In this document: positions 23,284 to 36,200 of the stretch, one piece after another
Position numbering within the stretch: position 1 is the first letter of the stretch
Layout: every line of letters begins with the position of its first letter
From: Histomonas meleagridis 2922-C6/04-290x
Taxonomy: Eukaryota > Protista > Parabasalia
Direction: 5' to 3'
Assembly: GCA_020184695.1 (NCBI GenBank)
Contig: JAANOX010000046.1
Location: 1-64,000, forward strand
DNA: 64,000 nt
The notes under the pieces: model-generated
Database searches by the model: none
Seen by the model: the letters and a program-made list of their open reading frames with translations, nothing else
What the model was told of the DNA's origin: nothing
Translations under genes and position numbers: made by a program

Positions 23284-26200
23284 ATGAGCCTCTTGGAAAA
23301 CCAAGATTTCTCGCCATCAATTAGTACAGAAATTATGGACTTAAAAGCACAAAACACAGAATTAAAATCTAAGATTAAAGATCTTGAAACTAGACTTTCT
23401 TTATCACAAGAAAAATCTCAACAAGAAATTGAGAATGCAAATAAAGAATTAGCAGCCTTCAAAGAACTCTCTTTGAAAACAGAAAACCAATTAACTTCAG
23501 CAACAAACAGGTTACGAACTAAATTAGATGCAAAATCTTCGGAAATAAATATTCTAGAAAAAGAATGTAAAAACTTTCAAGTTCAAATTGAAAGTTTATT
23601 ACAGTTTATAAATTCTAGTTCATCCCATAAATGTGAGAATTTAAATGATGCCATAATATTTATTTCAGATTTAATAACTTCATTTGAAGCAGAGAGAAAT
23701 AGGGCTAGACGTCTTGAGGACCAAGGTGAAAATCACTCCACAACTATACAACAATTAGAGAACCAAATCCAGAAAAAAGATAATGAAATTCGAAAGCTTA
23801 AACAAGCACTTAAAAAGACCAAAAATACAATTTCTCAAGAAGAATTTACCAAAGCTCTTGAGGAAGCCACACAAGCTCTTACCAAGAAATACAAATCCAA
23901 AATCCATAAATTAAATGAAATCATTCGATCACAAGATGCAAATCTTGAAACGCACACAGATACATTCAGTGAATCAATTCCATCAATTGAACGTGAAGAA
24001 GCTCCCAAAGATAATTTGAAGCAATTATATGAATCCAAAATTTCCATTCTCGAAAACAATCTTAATATGAAAGAAGAAGAGCTCAAACAAAAAGAAGACG
24101 AAATCAATGAAACTAATGAACAAATACAACTTATTTCCGATGATTTTAATGAACTTAAAAACAAGTTTAGATCGACACTTTCGCAATTATCACAAAAACG
24201 TGAACTTGTAAAAGGACTTAAAACACTTGCGAAACAGAATAATAAAACAATACAACAATTAACAGAAGATTGTAATAACAAAGACACTGAATTAGCACAA
24301 AAAGAAACAGTTATTAATGAATTAAAACTAAAAATTTGTGAATTAGAAAACCAAAACATAAAAGAAGAAATATCAAATGAAAACATTGAACAAAATGATA
24401 ATAATAATGAAATCGAAAAGTATAAACAAGTAATAGCATCACTTGAAACATTATGTAATTCACAAAGTAATGAAATAATTGGATTACAAAGTCAACGAAA
24501 TGAAATTTTATATCAGTTAAATCAATATGATAAAATACTTTCATTAATGAATGACGCAATACAAAGGATTGACACCGAGAAGAAAAATATACAAATAGAA
24601 AATGATAAAATCAAAAATGATATTTTAACAAAGCAAAATCAAAATCAAAAAGAAATGAATTTAATTATTGATGAAATAATTGACGAAATTGAAGACGAAG
24701 AAATTCATGAAAAAATTGAATCACTTTCCCCAGAAACAAAACCGTCGGAAATTGTTAAGAAATTATACAAAATTTTGACAGAATATTACCAAGAAAAAAT
24801 TGAAATGATTCAATCGGATTCCACACAAAATTCAATGCATTCAAATCTTCAGAAAAAGTACGATATGTTATTGTCACATTTTGATAATACGCAACGATAC
24901 ATTAAATCGATTATTAATAGTCAAACAATTGAAATGGATCAAAATAAACGTAATGAGTTATTAACAATCTGTACTCGAATCGGACGATTTATTGAAGAAC
25001 ATAATATTAATCTTCCAATAATTACTGATTCAATATTTATACCCGATGAAATTAAAGAACCTGAAAAAGTTGCGAAAATATTTTTACAATTTGTAACAGA
25101 AGAAGAATTAGAACAATCACCTCTTCATGAATTATTTATTTTATTTTTATGTGTCTCACAATTAAATTATTTATTAGTTTCTAATAATAATACATCGTTA
25201 CATGGTTCAATGCGAATTATAAAGATACAAAAAGAATATGAACAACATATTCAAGATTTAGAAGAATGGAAATCACAACGAATTAAAGTTAGTAATGAAT
25301 TAATTAAATTATTTAGTGAATATCTTGGAATAGAACCGAATGAAGAAGATTTCCAAATAATTGCAAATCAATTCATCGAAATGTTTAAAGATAATCATTA
25401 CAAAGTTAATGAGAAAGAAGTTTATAATGAGAAAATTAATTCACTTGAAGAAGAAATCGAAGAATTAAATGATAAAATTATTAATAATTCACAAATTAAT
25501 GAAATTTCACATAAAGAAAATAAAAATAATAAAAATAGAACTAAAAAAGAAAAAAATGATAAAATCGAAGTGAAAATTAATGAATTAAAAACTGAATTAG
25601 AAATTGCTAATAAAAAAATTACAGAAAACAAAAACTTATTAGAGAAGAAACAAATGAAAATAAACGAAATAGAAAACGATAAACAAATTCTTGAAAAAGA
25701 AAATGAAGAACTAAAGAATCAAACTCATGAATTACAACTTAAAATTATCGAAAACGAATCAACAAACAAAGAATTGCAAAATGAATTTGATGAAATTGTT
25801 ACACAAAATAACAAATTAAATGAAAAAAACGAAAACTTGAAAAACATTAAAAAAGAATTAAAGACAAAATTAAATGAAAGTTCGAATAATAACTCGAAAA
25901 TTCTAAATGAAATTAAACAACGTAATGAAGAACTTATTGATAAATATCAAATTTCATTAAACAATTTAACAAATGATTACAAAATGTCTCAAAACTCATT
26001 AAAGAATGCGCAAGAAGAAATCAAAAAATTTAATGAAATTAAACAAAATTTAATTGTGAAAAATAATAAACTTCAATTATCAAATAAAACATTAAATATT
26101 AAATTACAAACTACATTAGAAGCATTAAATCGTGAGAAATTGGCTTCGGAAGCTAAACAAAATTCAATTATTTTTGCAATGAAAACTCAAAACAATTTAA

Positions 26201-26907
26201 ACGATGAAAAACAAAACGAAATAATCAAAAAGTGCCGGGAGACGTTTATTAAACTTTTGTCAGAAATTTTCAATGCTTCTGAAATTTCGGATTCAGAAGT
26301 TTACGAAATGTTGAACGTTATCGATCAGAAAATTGAAGAAAGAAAAAATGAAGCAAAATATATAAATGAAGCTTTAAGATTGAAGAAGAAATATAAAATA
26401 AATTCATTAAAAGAGCATATGGAAACTATTAATCAAATATTAAAGAAACAAAATAGACAAATTGAAAACATATCAGAAAAAATAATTAAACTTACAAATG
26501 AAAATGATAAGTTTAAAGCAGAAAATATGAAACTTGATAAACTTAAAAATGAAGCTAATGGTTGGTATACTTGGGGACAAAGTTTGGTTCATCAGATTTA
26601 TGAAAATGGAAATACAAGAATGCCAATCGATGAATTAAAGAAGCGTATTGAAGACGCTATCATTTGTTCATTCGACCAGAAGAGTATTGTACGGAAATTA
26701 GAGATACTTCGCTCGGAAAAGAGAATTATAACAACGAAGAACTTGAACGATAAAAGAAAAAGTGAAAAGGTGAAATCACTGCGACCGTTACTGTTGACGT
26801 TGATGTTTGTAAATCGACTTCAGAGACATAGTGGAAATGCTCCTTCAGTAATCCCACCAATTCATTTGAGTGCTGCCAAAACACAACCAATTATCCATTA
26901 TGAATAA
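23284..26907 (+). CDS. Large coiled-coil protein
   Basis: About 1200-aa ORF rich in E/K/N/Q/L heptads; start ATG uncertain (23248 or 23284). Confidence 0.85.
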   Translation: MSLLENQDFSPSISTEIMDLKAQNTELKSKIKDLETRLSLSQEKSQQEIENANKELAAFKELSLKTENQLTSATNRLRTKLDAKSSEINILEKECKNFQVQIESLLQFINSSSSHKCENLNDAIIFISDLITSFEAERNRARRLEDQGENHSTTIQQLENQIQKKDNEIRKLKQALKKTKNTISQEEFTKALEEATQALTKKYKSKIHKLNEIIRSQDANLETHTDTFSESIPSIEREEAPKDNLKQLYESKISILENNLNMKEEELKQKEDEINETNEQIQLISDDFNELKNKFRSTLSQLSQKRELVKGLKTLAKQNNKTIQQLTEDCNNKDTELAQKETVINELKLKICELENQNIKEEISNENIEQNDNNNEIEKYKQVIASLETLCNSQSNEIIGLQSQRNEILYQLNQYDKILSLMNDAIQRIDTEKKNIQIENDKIKNDILTKQNQNQKEMNLIIDEIIDEIEDEEIHEKIESLSPETKPSEIVKKLYKILTEYYQEKIEMIQSDSTQNSMHSNLQKKYDMLLSHFDNTQRYIKSIINSQTIEMDQNKRNELLTICTRIGRFIEEHNINLPIITDSIFIPDEIKEPEKVAKIFLQFVTEEELEQSPLHELFILFLCVSQLNYLLVSNNNTSLHGSMRIIKIQKEYEQHIQDLEEWKSQRIKVSNELIKLFSEYLGIEPNEEDFQIIANQFIEMFKDNHYKVNEKEVYNEKINSLEEEIEELNDKIINNSQINEISHKENKNNKNRTKKEKNDKIEVKINELKTELEIANKKITENKNLLEKKQMKINEIENDKQILEKENEELKNQTHELQLKIIENESTNKELQNEFDEIVTQNNKLNEKNENLKNIKKELKTKLNESSNNNSKILNEIKQRNEELIDKYQISLNNLTNDYKMSQNSLKNAQEEIKKFNEIKQNLIVKNNKLQLSNKTLNIKLQTTLEALNREKLASEAKQNSIIFAMKTQNNLNDEKQNEIIKKCRETFIKLLSEIFNASEISDSEVYEMLNVIDQKIEERKNEAKYINEALRLKKKYKINSLKEHMETINQILKKQNRQIENISEKIIKLTNENDKFKAENMKLDKLKNEANGWYTWGQSLVHQIYENGNTRMPIDELKKRIEDAIICSFDQKSIVRKLEILRSEKRIITTKNLNDKRKSEKVKSLRPLLLTLMFVNRLQRHSGNAPSVIPPIHLSAAKTQPIIHYE

Positions 26908-27128
26908 CTAAAAACTGTCTTTTTTGATTTTGATGCATTGAAAAGTATAACTGAAAAATTATGTAACATAATGAATACATTACTTATAGATAAATTATTT
27001 TTATTAAAACACTCTAATTGAAGGTGTTTAGACCTCAAGCTTTAACTGGAGCAATTTTCTGGAAATCCACTTTTTGATAGATATCATAGAATAAATTCAA
27101 TCTTCAAAAAAAATAAGAAGATTTTTTC

Positions 27129-28112
27129 ATGAAAAAAACATTTTCAGATTATGAAAAAGATGTCGTAAAATACAAACCTGAAATTGAAAATGATTTACAA
27201 CAAGAATCTACCAAGCGACGTGCGTTTCAAAAAATATTTTATCTTATTCCATCATATTTGAAACCAGTTGAAAGAATTAAATCTGTACTTAAATGTTTGA
27301 CTTCTAATCCAGAATCCATTGTCGAATATATTACAGTTGACCCTGAAAAAATTAAATCTCTTTTATCAAATCAACAACCTTTTCCTACATTCGATTTAAT
27401 TGTAATCACATGTGTTCTTATTTTCGATACAGACAAAACGCAAGACCACTTATTTCAAATTTTTTGCTATTGTATTAATATTTATGAGTATCTTAAAGAA
27501 ATGGATCCACAAGAAAAAGTTTATCTTAATGACAGTAATAAAGATGATTGCAGTTATACTGTAGGTGAAGCCATGACTGTTATTAATCGACGATTATGTT
27601 TTCTGATAGAATTATTAATAACCACATATCATGATTCTACGCCCAAACAATTCATAACTCATTTTCTTGAGTCACCTTTAATACAGTCTCTTAATCTTCA
27701 TTATAATGATCAGACATTATCAGTAATTGGTCGGGTCCTCCTCTTGAATGGAGAGATTGAAGAATCCGAAGAATACTTTAACTCAGTACAAAACGTCGAA
27801 CTTAAGACGATGAACAAAGGGATTAAGTTATTATTTGAGTGTAAATTTGTTGATGCAAAAAATTGTTTTGAAGAAATTAATGACCCGATTGCGAAAGCTT
27901 ATCAAGCTGTCTGCTTAGTGTACATTGGGCAGATTGAGGAAGCTTATAAAATAATGGTGAATTTGAAGAGAGAAGAATTAGGTAATGAAATAAAGATTTC
28001 ATTATGGGCTTCGTTTAATGATTTCTTTGCGTATATTTGTAATATAACGGGAAAACAATATGAAAACGTAAATGATGAAGAATATTTCCCAATAACTAAA
28101 AAAATAAAATAA
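27129..28112 (+). CDS. TPR-containing protein, possibly TRAPPC12-like
   Basis: The C-terminal TPR-like helices (IGRVLLLNGEIEESEEYF, NKG..LL..CKF.DAK.CF, AVCLVYIGQIEEA) resemble the TRAPPC12 pattern; this is recognition by eye only. Confidence 0.5.
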   Translation: MKKTFSDYEKDVVKYKPEIENDLQQESTKRRAFQKIFYLIPSYLKPVERIKSVLKCLTSNPESIVEYITVDPEKIKSLLSNQQPFPTFDLIVITCVLIFDTDKTQDHLFQIFCYCINIYEYLKEMDPQEKVYLNDSNKDDCSYTVGEAMTVINRRLCFLIELLITTYHDSTPKQFITHFLESPLIQSLNLHYNDQTLSVIGRVLLLNGEIEESEEYFNSVQNVELKTMNKGIKLLFECKFVDAKNCFEEINDPIAKAYQAVCLVYIGQIEEAYKIMVNLKREELGNEIKISLWASFNDFFAYICNITGKQYENVNDEEYFPITKKIK

Positions 28113-28391
28113 AGCTTTTCTATAATTATTTTTTTCTTAGAGACGACATAAAGTTTCAAATAATTCATTTATTAATTTGTAAAAATGATTTGTGTGACAA
28201 AATAGTTAATCATTTATAAGAAGCGCATTTATGATAACATTTTTATTAAAAAATGTGTATTTTTATATCCCATATTATGGAACTATTTTTATGATGTAGG
28301 AAATTCAGACTGAATTTGCTTTGAACAATTCTTCATTGAATAAAAGTGGCAAAATTTCACTTTTCTTTACTTCGTCAAATTCACCATTTTA

Positions 28392-28952
28392 ATGGACGTG
28401 TTACAGGCAATCGAAACAAGAAGAACAGTTCGCCAATACCAAGCAGATTATACGATCCCAAAGGAAGACCTCCAAAAAATTGTGGACATAGCTTTAAGTT
28501 CACCAACTGGAATGAATGCGCAAGGAATTGATCTTGTTGTTTGCACTAACCGCGCCAAAATTGATGAGGCCACAATGATAACATTCCACTCATGGGATGA
28601 AGCTAAACAAGCAAGATGGAACAACCGAAAACAAGATTATGGTGTTAAAAATGTTGTTAGCTGTGATGCATCTTGCATTGTATTCCTTGTTAAGAATGAA
28701 AGGGCTGATCCTAACTACGTTGAAATTGATGCCGGTATTATGTCAATGGCAATAATGGAAGCTACAAGACATTTTGGATTGCAAACAATGTGCCTTGGTG
28801 CTTTACTTTGGGGTGACAAAGCAGGCCTTGAGAAATGCCTTGGTATTGAAGAAGGCAAAATGGTAATGGCTGTTGCAATTGGAAAACCAATTGAAGGCGA
28901 ATTGAAGCTTATAGATAAGAAGCAACTTTGCAAAGCCACTTACATCGAGTAA
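28392..28952 (+). CDS. Nitroreductase-family protein
   Basis: AIETRRTVRQY, SPTG.NAQ, IDAGIMSM.IM.A....GL.T.C.G, MAVAIG; Inr-like motif upstream. Confidence 0.92.
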   Translation: MDVLQAIETRRTVRQYQADYTIPKEDLQKIVDIALSSPTGMNAQGIDLVVCTNRAKIDEATMITFHSWDEAKQARWNNRKQDYGVKNVVSCDASCIVFLVKNERADPNYVEIDAGIMSMAIMEATRHFGLQTMCLGALLWGDKAGLEKCLGIEEGKMVMAVAIGKPIEGELKLIDKKQLCKATYIE

Positions 28953-29162
28953 ACGTTCGTAATCTCGTTTTTCAAAAACAAATTTTCAAATTTACAAAAA
29001 TTAATTTCAAATATTTTCTTTTTAAGGATATAATGATGTTCGCTAGCGAGTTATATTTGGTGAAATTGATTTTAAATAAATGCTTTTGAGTGTTTTTTAT
29101 TGATTTATTTTTATAAAAAGTAATTTTTTCATATAACATTTCATTAATTAAAATTTTTTTGG

Positions 29163-30197
29163 ATGTCTTTAATTGTTGCTGGATATAATTCTTCATATCA
29201 ACTTGCCACAGAAAGTAATGGAAGAGATAATGAAGATGATCCATGTGTTATTGAACCAAAAACTGTAGAAATAGAAACATCAAATCTGGTTTTCATTTCT
29301 CTAGGTTGTGATCACACTTTATTTTTATATAGTGATGGAACAGTCTTTGGTGTTGGTGCAAAACAATTCTTTTTAGAGAAAGGAGAAGGAAACACTAAAA
29401 CGCCAATTTTAATTCCAATACCAAATAATGAACCAGTTAAATGGATTTATGCTGGAATGAAATTTTCGGCTTTTTTAACAATCAATGGTAATGTTTATTT
29501 ACATACACACAAATTATTATTAAAAGATATTGTATATTTATCCGGAGCAGCAAGTAAACCATACATGATTGACAAAGATGGTGTAATCCACAAGCTAAAG
29601 AATATCCATACACCAGACAGTATTCTTCATTTCCAACTTCCAATGCCAGCATATGATGTATGTGGTGGAAAGAAGAGTGCATTAGCAATTTCAACCCAAG
29701 GGAAGCTTTATGGGTACTACAAGCTGAATCCCACTGGTCGAAAAGAGTTTGATCTTATCACAGAATTATCTTCATATAATTTCAAACGTGTTTTTGGGCG
29801 TGCAGAACTTATTGGTGCACTTAGAGAAGATGGAGTTGGGTATATTGCTAATGTACCAAAGACCAACAAACTTAAAGAACATCCATCTGATGGACAAATA
29901 ATTGTATCGATGGAAATTGGTTTTCGTACATGTTTTATACGATATGAAAATGGTGACATTCAATGTTTTGGGAATAATGGTTCAGCACAATTAATGCTTG
30001 GGAAACTAAGTGAACGTGAAAATCCACAATTTCTCCATCTTCAAGGAGTCAAACACATTTTTACAGGAAATTGTCATACAATAGCGACATTATTTGATTT
30101 AGAATACAAGCATCCGGGTATGGTTTATTTCGAAATCGGGAAAAATGAGGGTTCTGCTCAATCAGTTGAGAAATTGTTGAAATTTCTCAACGAATAA
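29163..30197 (+). CDS. RCC1-repeat beta-propeller protein
   Basis: ISLGCDHTLFL..DG.VFG.G, IYAG.KFSAFLT.NG.VY, CFGNNGSAQL..G, TGNCHTI. Confidence 0.8.
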   Translation: MSLIVAGYNSSYQLATESNGRDNEDDPCVIEPKTVEIETSNLVFISLGCDHTLFLYSDGTVFGVGAKQFFLEKGEGNTKTPILIPIPNNEPVKWIYAGMKFSAFLTINGNVYLHTHKLLLKDIVYLSGAASKPYMIDKDGVIHKLKNIHTPDSILHFQLPMPAYDVCGGKKSALAISTQGKLYGYYKLNPTGRKEFDLITELSSYNFKRVFGRAELIGALREDGVGYIANVPKTNKLKEHPSDGQIIVSMEIGFRTCFIRYENGDIQCFGNNGSAQLMLGKLSERENPQFLHLQGVKHIFTGNCHTIATLFDLEYKHPGMVYFEIGKNEGSAQSVEKLLKFLNE

Positions 30198-30229
30198 ACC
30201 GCTTTTTTATGTACATTACACAGCTTTTT

Positions 30230-33200
30230 CTAAACAATATTTGCATAAACCAAATCACCATTTTCTAATAAAGCAAACAAAATTTGTTTTGACGTAGAGA
30301 ACGTTAAGCACTTTATGGGTGAATTCACTTCAGCATAAGCGACTCTTTGTAAGTCATAAATCTTATATAGAAATACCTTTAATGTACTCATTGCAGTACA
30401 TATATAAACTGCCTGGTCATTAAACTTACACATACAACAAGAAGTTATAGCGCCAGGTATTTTACATGAGCAAACTTTTCTTTGAGATAAATCGAATGCA
30501 TCAATTGACGTTGTAACATCACCAAATGAATAAGTTTCATAAAACAATAAAACATAACCAAGGTCTGAGATTAATACTCTATTTGGAACGTAATCCAATT
30601 GGATACTTCTAATTAAAGCAGAATCCAAAACAGATGAATAAGAGAATTTTCCTGTGATATCTACTGAAGCTATTAAATCTATTTGGAATGAATAATTCAA
30701 ACAAACCAATTTAGCAGAATGAGCCAAAATTGAGGAATACATTCTTTGTTTTGTGATATCCCATATGAATAATGATGAATCATGTGCAGATGTGACTACG
30801 TATTTATTATTCGCTCTTAATAATACAATAACTGCAGAATGTCCTTCGAATGTTTTAATGATTTTCCCTTTCGGATCATTAAAATCTATTAAATCAAAGC
30901 TTTCACTCCATGGGTTTGATACGAACAAAAGTTTTTCATTCGGTAAAATTTCGATATGATTCGATATGATTTTCGTATCTTTTAATGTAAATGGAAAATG
31001 GAAAATGAATTTCGATGTGTTTCTAAATGTAATTTGTTGTTTCTCAAATAACTTATCAAAAGAAGCCGAATAAATTTCGCCTTGGAATTGTAAATAATTT
31101 AATTCGTTTTTCTCATCACACCAAATCTTTAATGAATCAATCGATTTCGAGATACAATAAAAGCTCAGCTTTTGTTCATCTTTAAAATTCGGCGAATTCG
31201 GTATAAATCTTCGTTGTGGATGTGCGGTGACAAACATTTTTATCGGATTAACACCGAAGTTACCTGCATGACTTTTACACACTGATATTTCATCAGGATC
31301 TTTTAACTTTTCGAAGTATGAATGATCTGAATAAGGATGAAACAAATTTGCGTCTTCAATTTTTTGTTGTTTATAGCCGAATATTAAATCAATCCATGAA
31401 TTAATATGTGATGAAACATAAGATGATTCTAAAGCTAATCGATTAATTGTTATAAATTCTTGTGGATTCTTACACCATTTCGGTAATTCGACATCATTAA
31501 CATTATCACCTAAATCAAATCCATCGCTATTAATTAAAAAGTCAGGCGATGAATAAAACTCGGGAATTAGTTCACGGAAATCAGAGTTTTCTGATACACA
31601 TGAAGAATATGAACTCGGAATTGATTTAAATAAACGAGAAGGATGATCGAAATGATTATTTTGAAGTTCGATATGTAATGTCGTATAAGGTTCACAACGT
31701 ATTAAATAATGTAATACATATGCAGGTGTAGAATAATGGAATCGATATAAACAATCATATGGCATATCTTTAACTTCTTCGTAAACTTCATATAAATATT
31801 TAAGTCGCGTTGGATTTAATGCGCCAATTGGTTTTGTTAAATCGCGATAATTCGTTTCATCTGTTAAATCAATTTCAGTGCTTTCATAATTACTTAATAC
31901 CCATGGGAATACTGGATATTGTGCAATGTCATTAAATGATCGACCACTAAAGATGTTTAAGTAATATAAATATTGATAATTTGTGATTTTCCCTTTCCGC
32001 CATTTCTTTAATATTCCAAGTTCTTCAAAGAATTTCGATGCTGATGAATGTTGTAAATTAGTTACATTCATTCTTTTAAGTTTATGGAAGAATAACTTTC
32101 GATCTTGGTTCGAAAATATGAAATAATAACTTTTCCGTGTGTTTAAAAATACTTCTGCTCCGATATCACAATGTAAATATAATCGTTTTAAGACTAAAGT
32201 AATTGAATTAAATGGAATTTCAACATATTTTTGTCTTCTTATTCTTGGTTTACCACTTGAATTAATAATTGATTCGGATTCAAATGAGAATGAGTTTATC
32301 ATGAAATAAATATTTCCTTTATAAATGGAATCAACTGTTAACATTTCACATGGAATTTCTAAGACAATGTTCTCTTGATGAATATTAGTTTCTTCATTTA
32401 ATGAATTTAATGTAGAATATGTATCATTACCAAATGTATCTAAATATCGTTCAACTGTATTATGTTCTGTTTCTGTTAATGATTGTTGTTTAGTAGCCAT
32501 TGATGCATCTTTATGATCATTAAATTCATGATTAATTTTCATCTTTAGACGGCGACCAATAACATCAATAGTTTTCTTAAATTTCCAATGTAAAACTCCT
32601 GTATTATCACTCCAAAAGCCACCTTTCTGATAAAGCTCTGAATTTATCGATCGACAAATTCTTTCATTTAATTTAATTTTACGTAACATATTAATATTAT
32701 TTTGTTCTTTTTCATTAATATATTGACATACTGAATAAGTTAATGAATTAGAATTAGGATTAAATAATGGTGATAAATAATCATTAAGTAAGTTTTGGTT
32801 TTTCTTTGAAGTTTCTTCAAATAATTTTTGATATTTTGTATTTAAAACACCTAATTTTTGTAATATTATACTTTCTTCAGTAGAATCACGTAATAAATTT
32901 TTAAGTAAATTTAAGCGTTTTGTATCACTAAAATAATCTTTAATGAATAATTGTAAACATTTTTTATCATTTTGTACTGCTTGAATTTTAATGAATTCAT
33001 CGAAATAATTTAAAGAAAGTTGGAAATCAATCATCGATAAATAATGTATTAATGCAGAAATTACTTCAACAATTGGAATAAATTCACCAATGAATAAAAT
33101 GTTTTTAATAATTTCATGTTGATTATGTAAATAATAATCAAGAATTATTTTTGTTAATTTAACATTTAAATTCTTGTTAACAATATTAAACGTCAACAAA

Positions 33201-36200
33201 GGAAAACCATTTAATGATAAATAACCATAAAATAAATGTAAATCAGTGATATCGATATTATTTATATTATTTAATTTCTTTTGATTTGGAATAAAGAATA
33301 AAAACTTTAATACTTCGATTATAACTGGAATATTTTTATTTAATGAAAATAATGTTTCTAAAAATATTGAAATTGAAGTTTGGAAATCAAAATTACAAAC
33401 TTGTGCAAATACATTTATAAAATTTATTATAATATTAATGATTGATGAATTCTCATTTAATATCGAATTACATATTACACTTAAACATTTAATCCAATTC
33501 ATTTTATCATCAATGTTCTCTTCGAAATTAGATAAAAATAAAATCCAAAATGGCCAAAAATAACATTCGCTAATTTTAAGTTGTGAAGATTTCGATTGTA
33601 AAATTGATGTTTGGAAACTTCTCAAGAATTTCTTTAATTCATTTTTATCATATACATGTAATAAATAACAAATTTGTGGTAAAAATTGTGAACATTGTAT
33701 TAATAAATTTGTTTGCTTACTAAAATTAATTGGATCTTTATTAATATCTATACCTGATCCAGGATTAATATTACCGAAAGTTATATTAAAAAGATGTTCT
33801 AAAGTCGTTTTAGATGAAATTGTAGGTTGGAAATATGTAAAACTTTTAATGATATCTCTTGACAACGACAACGATTTCTTCATTGAAGAAATATAAAATA
33901 AAATATTCACTGCTTTAATTCGCATGTTTTCATCAAAATGATTAAATAATTTATAAAATGGTTCATATGTAATAACTTGATCTAAAGTTTCATCAATAGG
34001 CATCATATCATAAATCATTTTTAATATTTTGACTAAATATGGTAAATTATTAGTAGATACTATAGATAATAATAAACTTTCGGAATCTTCTTTAGTAAAT
34101 TGATGACCTCTAATTTTTTTAATTAGATTTAAACAGATTTCAGTTGTCTTTTCATTTAATTCAAGATTATCAAATGATAAAAGTAATGATCTAAATGAAC
34201 AAATCGATAAATAAAAGTTCTTATTATGACTTATAATTGTTGGTAAATAATTCTCTAATATACTATGGAATATGTTTTCATTATTTTTCCATAGAAGCCA
34301 ATTACACCAAATATTTAATAAGATTTCCGACTTTAATTCATTTGATTTACAAGTAACATAAATTTCAGTAAATAGTTTTAATGTTTCTTCTGTTACATTT
34401 TCGGGTAATTTCGCAGATATTATATTAAAGAATTGTTGATCAATTAACATTTCTTCTTTAGATAATAATATATATTTAATTGTCGTTAATAATGAATTGA
34501 AATATTGTATCGAATTGTTTTTAGCGATATCAAATAATGGTAATAATATTTGAATTCCGCCACAATTCGATATGGAATTTAATACATTTAATGTGAAAAA
34601 TACATAATTACCTTCGAAATAAGCTGATCCATATTTATCATTGCCTTGAAATGTATTTGTGCAAATACCTTTTTCCATAACTTGCGCAGAATAACATGCG
34701 ACAATGTTACCTTGTTCATAAAATGTTATTTTATTTACGTCACATGGTGTACCAGTAAATTTAAATGAGACTAAATTCGGATTAAATATAAATCGTTTGT
34801 TAGTTTTATATCGACCAATTACATTATTATTAACTGTTGATAAAACATTATCACCTTTAATTGATACATCAATGTTATACCAATTAAAAGGTTTAAAGTC
34901 ATATTGAATATGAAATTGTGATGATGCAAATGATAAATACATTTGTCCATTATTTAAAAATAAATGTACATATTGATGTCCATGTGATATTTCATTAGAT
35001 AATGTAAATATTTGATGTGAATCCTTAAACGCTTCTTTACCAAATCGAATGATAAATGACATACCAAATTTAGGATCAATTTTAAATCTGTTTATTGTAA
35101 AATATGATTTCTTTCCATCAAAATGAAAAAATGAATGTGTTCCTGAATTCCGTGATGATATATCAATTAATTGATTAAAAACATTTAATATTGTTAATGA
35201 TTCATTTGTATTCTTTTGGATAGATTTTAAAAAAGCTTTTAAATCATCTGAACTAAATGATGCAGAGCCAATTAAATTTAATAAATCTAATAATAACTTT
35301 TTGTTTTTCGTTTGTTTATCTATTTTTTCTAATATTTTTGGTATTAAATTTGTTTGCGAACAATTAAAACAATTAATTTGTGACGTTTCACAAAGTTTTA
35401 ATAATAATTCATAAATTTCATTTTCGAAATTTGTATTATCGACAATTGTAGTTAAGATATGTAATCCTTCGATATTAGAAATATCATTTGTATTAAGAAA
35501 TGTTAAATCTTTTACTAAATTTATAGTTTCTTGTGTAACTTTTGATCGACTAAATATAGTTTCCCAAGTTTGATGAAAGTTCCAATGTGAATTTTGTGTT
35601 TCATTTGAAAACAATTGTGATGAAATACAAAGTTTAACTAAAAACTTAAAAATGGAAATCGAAAAATTAAAATCGTTTGAAGATAAAGCGATTTTTTGAA
35701 ATGATGAAATTACAGAAGATGAAATTAAACATTTACAAAGTGATTGTAAATCATATTGTTCAATATTTTCCATCATTTTCGTTATACCCAAAATTAATTT
35801 TTTCCAATTTGTATCATTAGCATTAATTAAAGAAGAACATAAAATTCCATTAATGTTTTCAATTACTTCATTCATTATAGGCTTAGATAATGTTAAAGAA
35901 ATTAAATGTAAAATTGTATCTTGTAATTTAATCTCGAATAATAATGATAATATATAACCTCTTCTTTCATTAGTACCAAATATTTGTTCAATTCCATCTT
36001 TAACAGAAGCAAGAGAAAATATTATAGAGAAAAGTCGTGTTCTTAATTCAACTATTTCTGGTATTGGTTTACTTAATATTAAAGTTGACTTAAACTTTAA
36101 ATCCATTTTAAATAACTCATCTAAAAAACTTGTGTTCTTTATTACATCGATAAAATAATTTGGAAATTTTTCTATTAATTCATTAAATATATCGAAAATT

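Noticed and set aside
23835-25631. Minus-strand ORFs within the coiled-coil gene, and similar antisense ORFs over prolidase, HECT and BspA
   Set aside because: These are antisense shadows of biased codon usage with no recognisable motifs.
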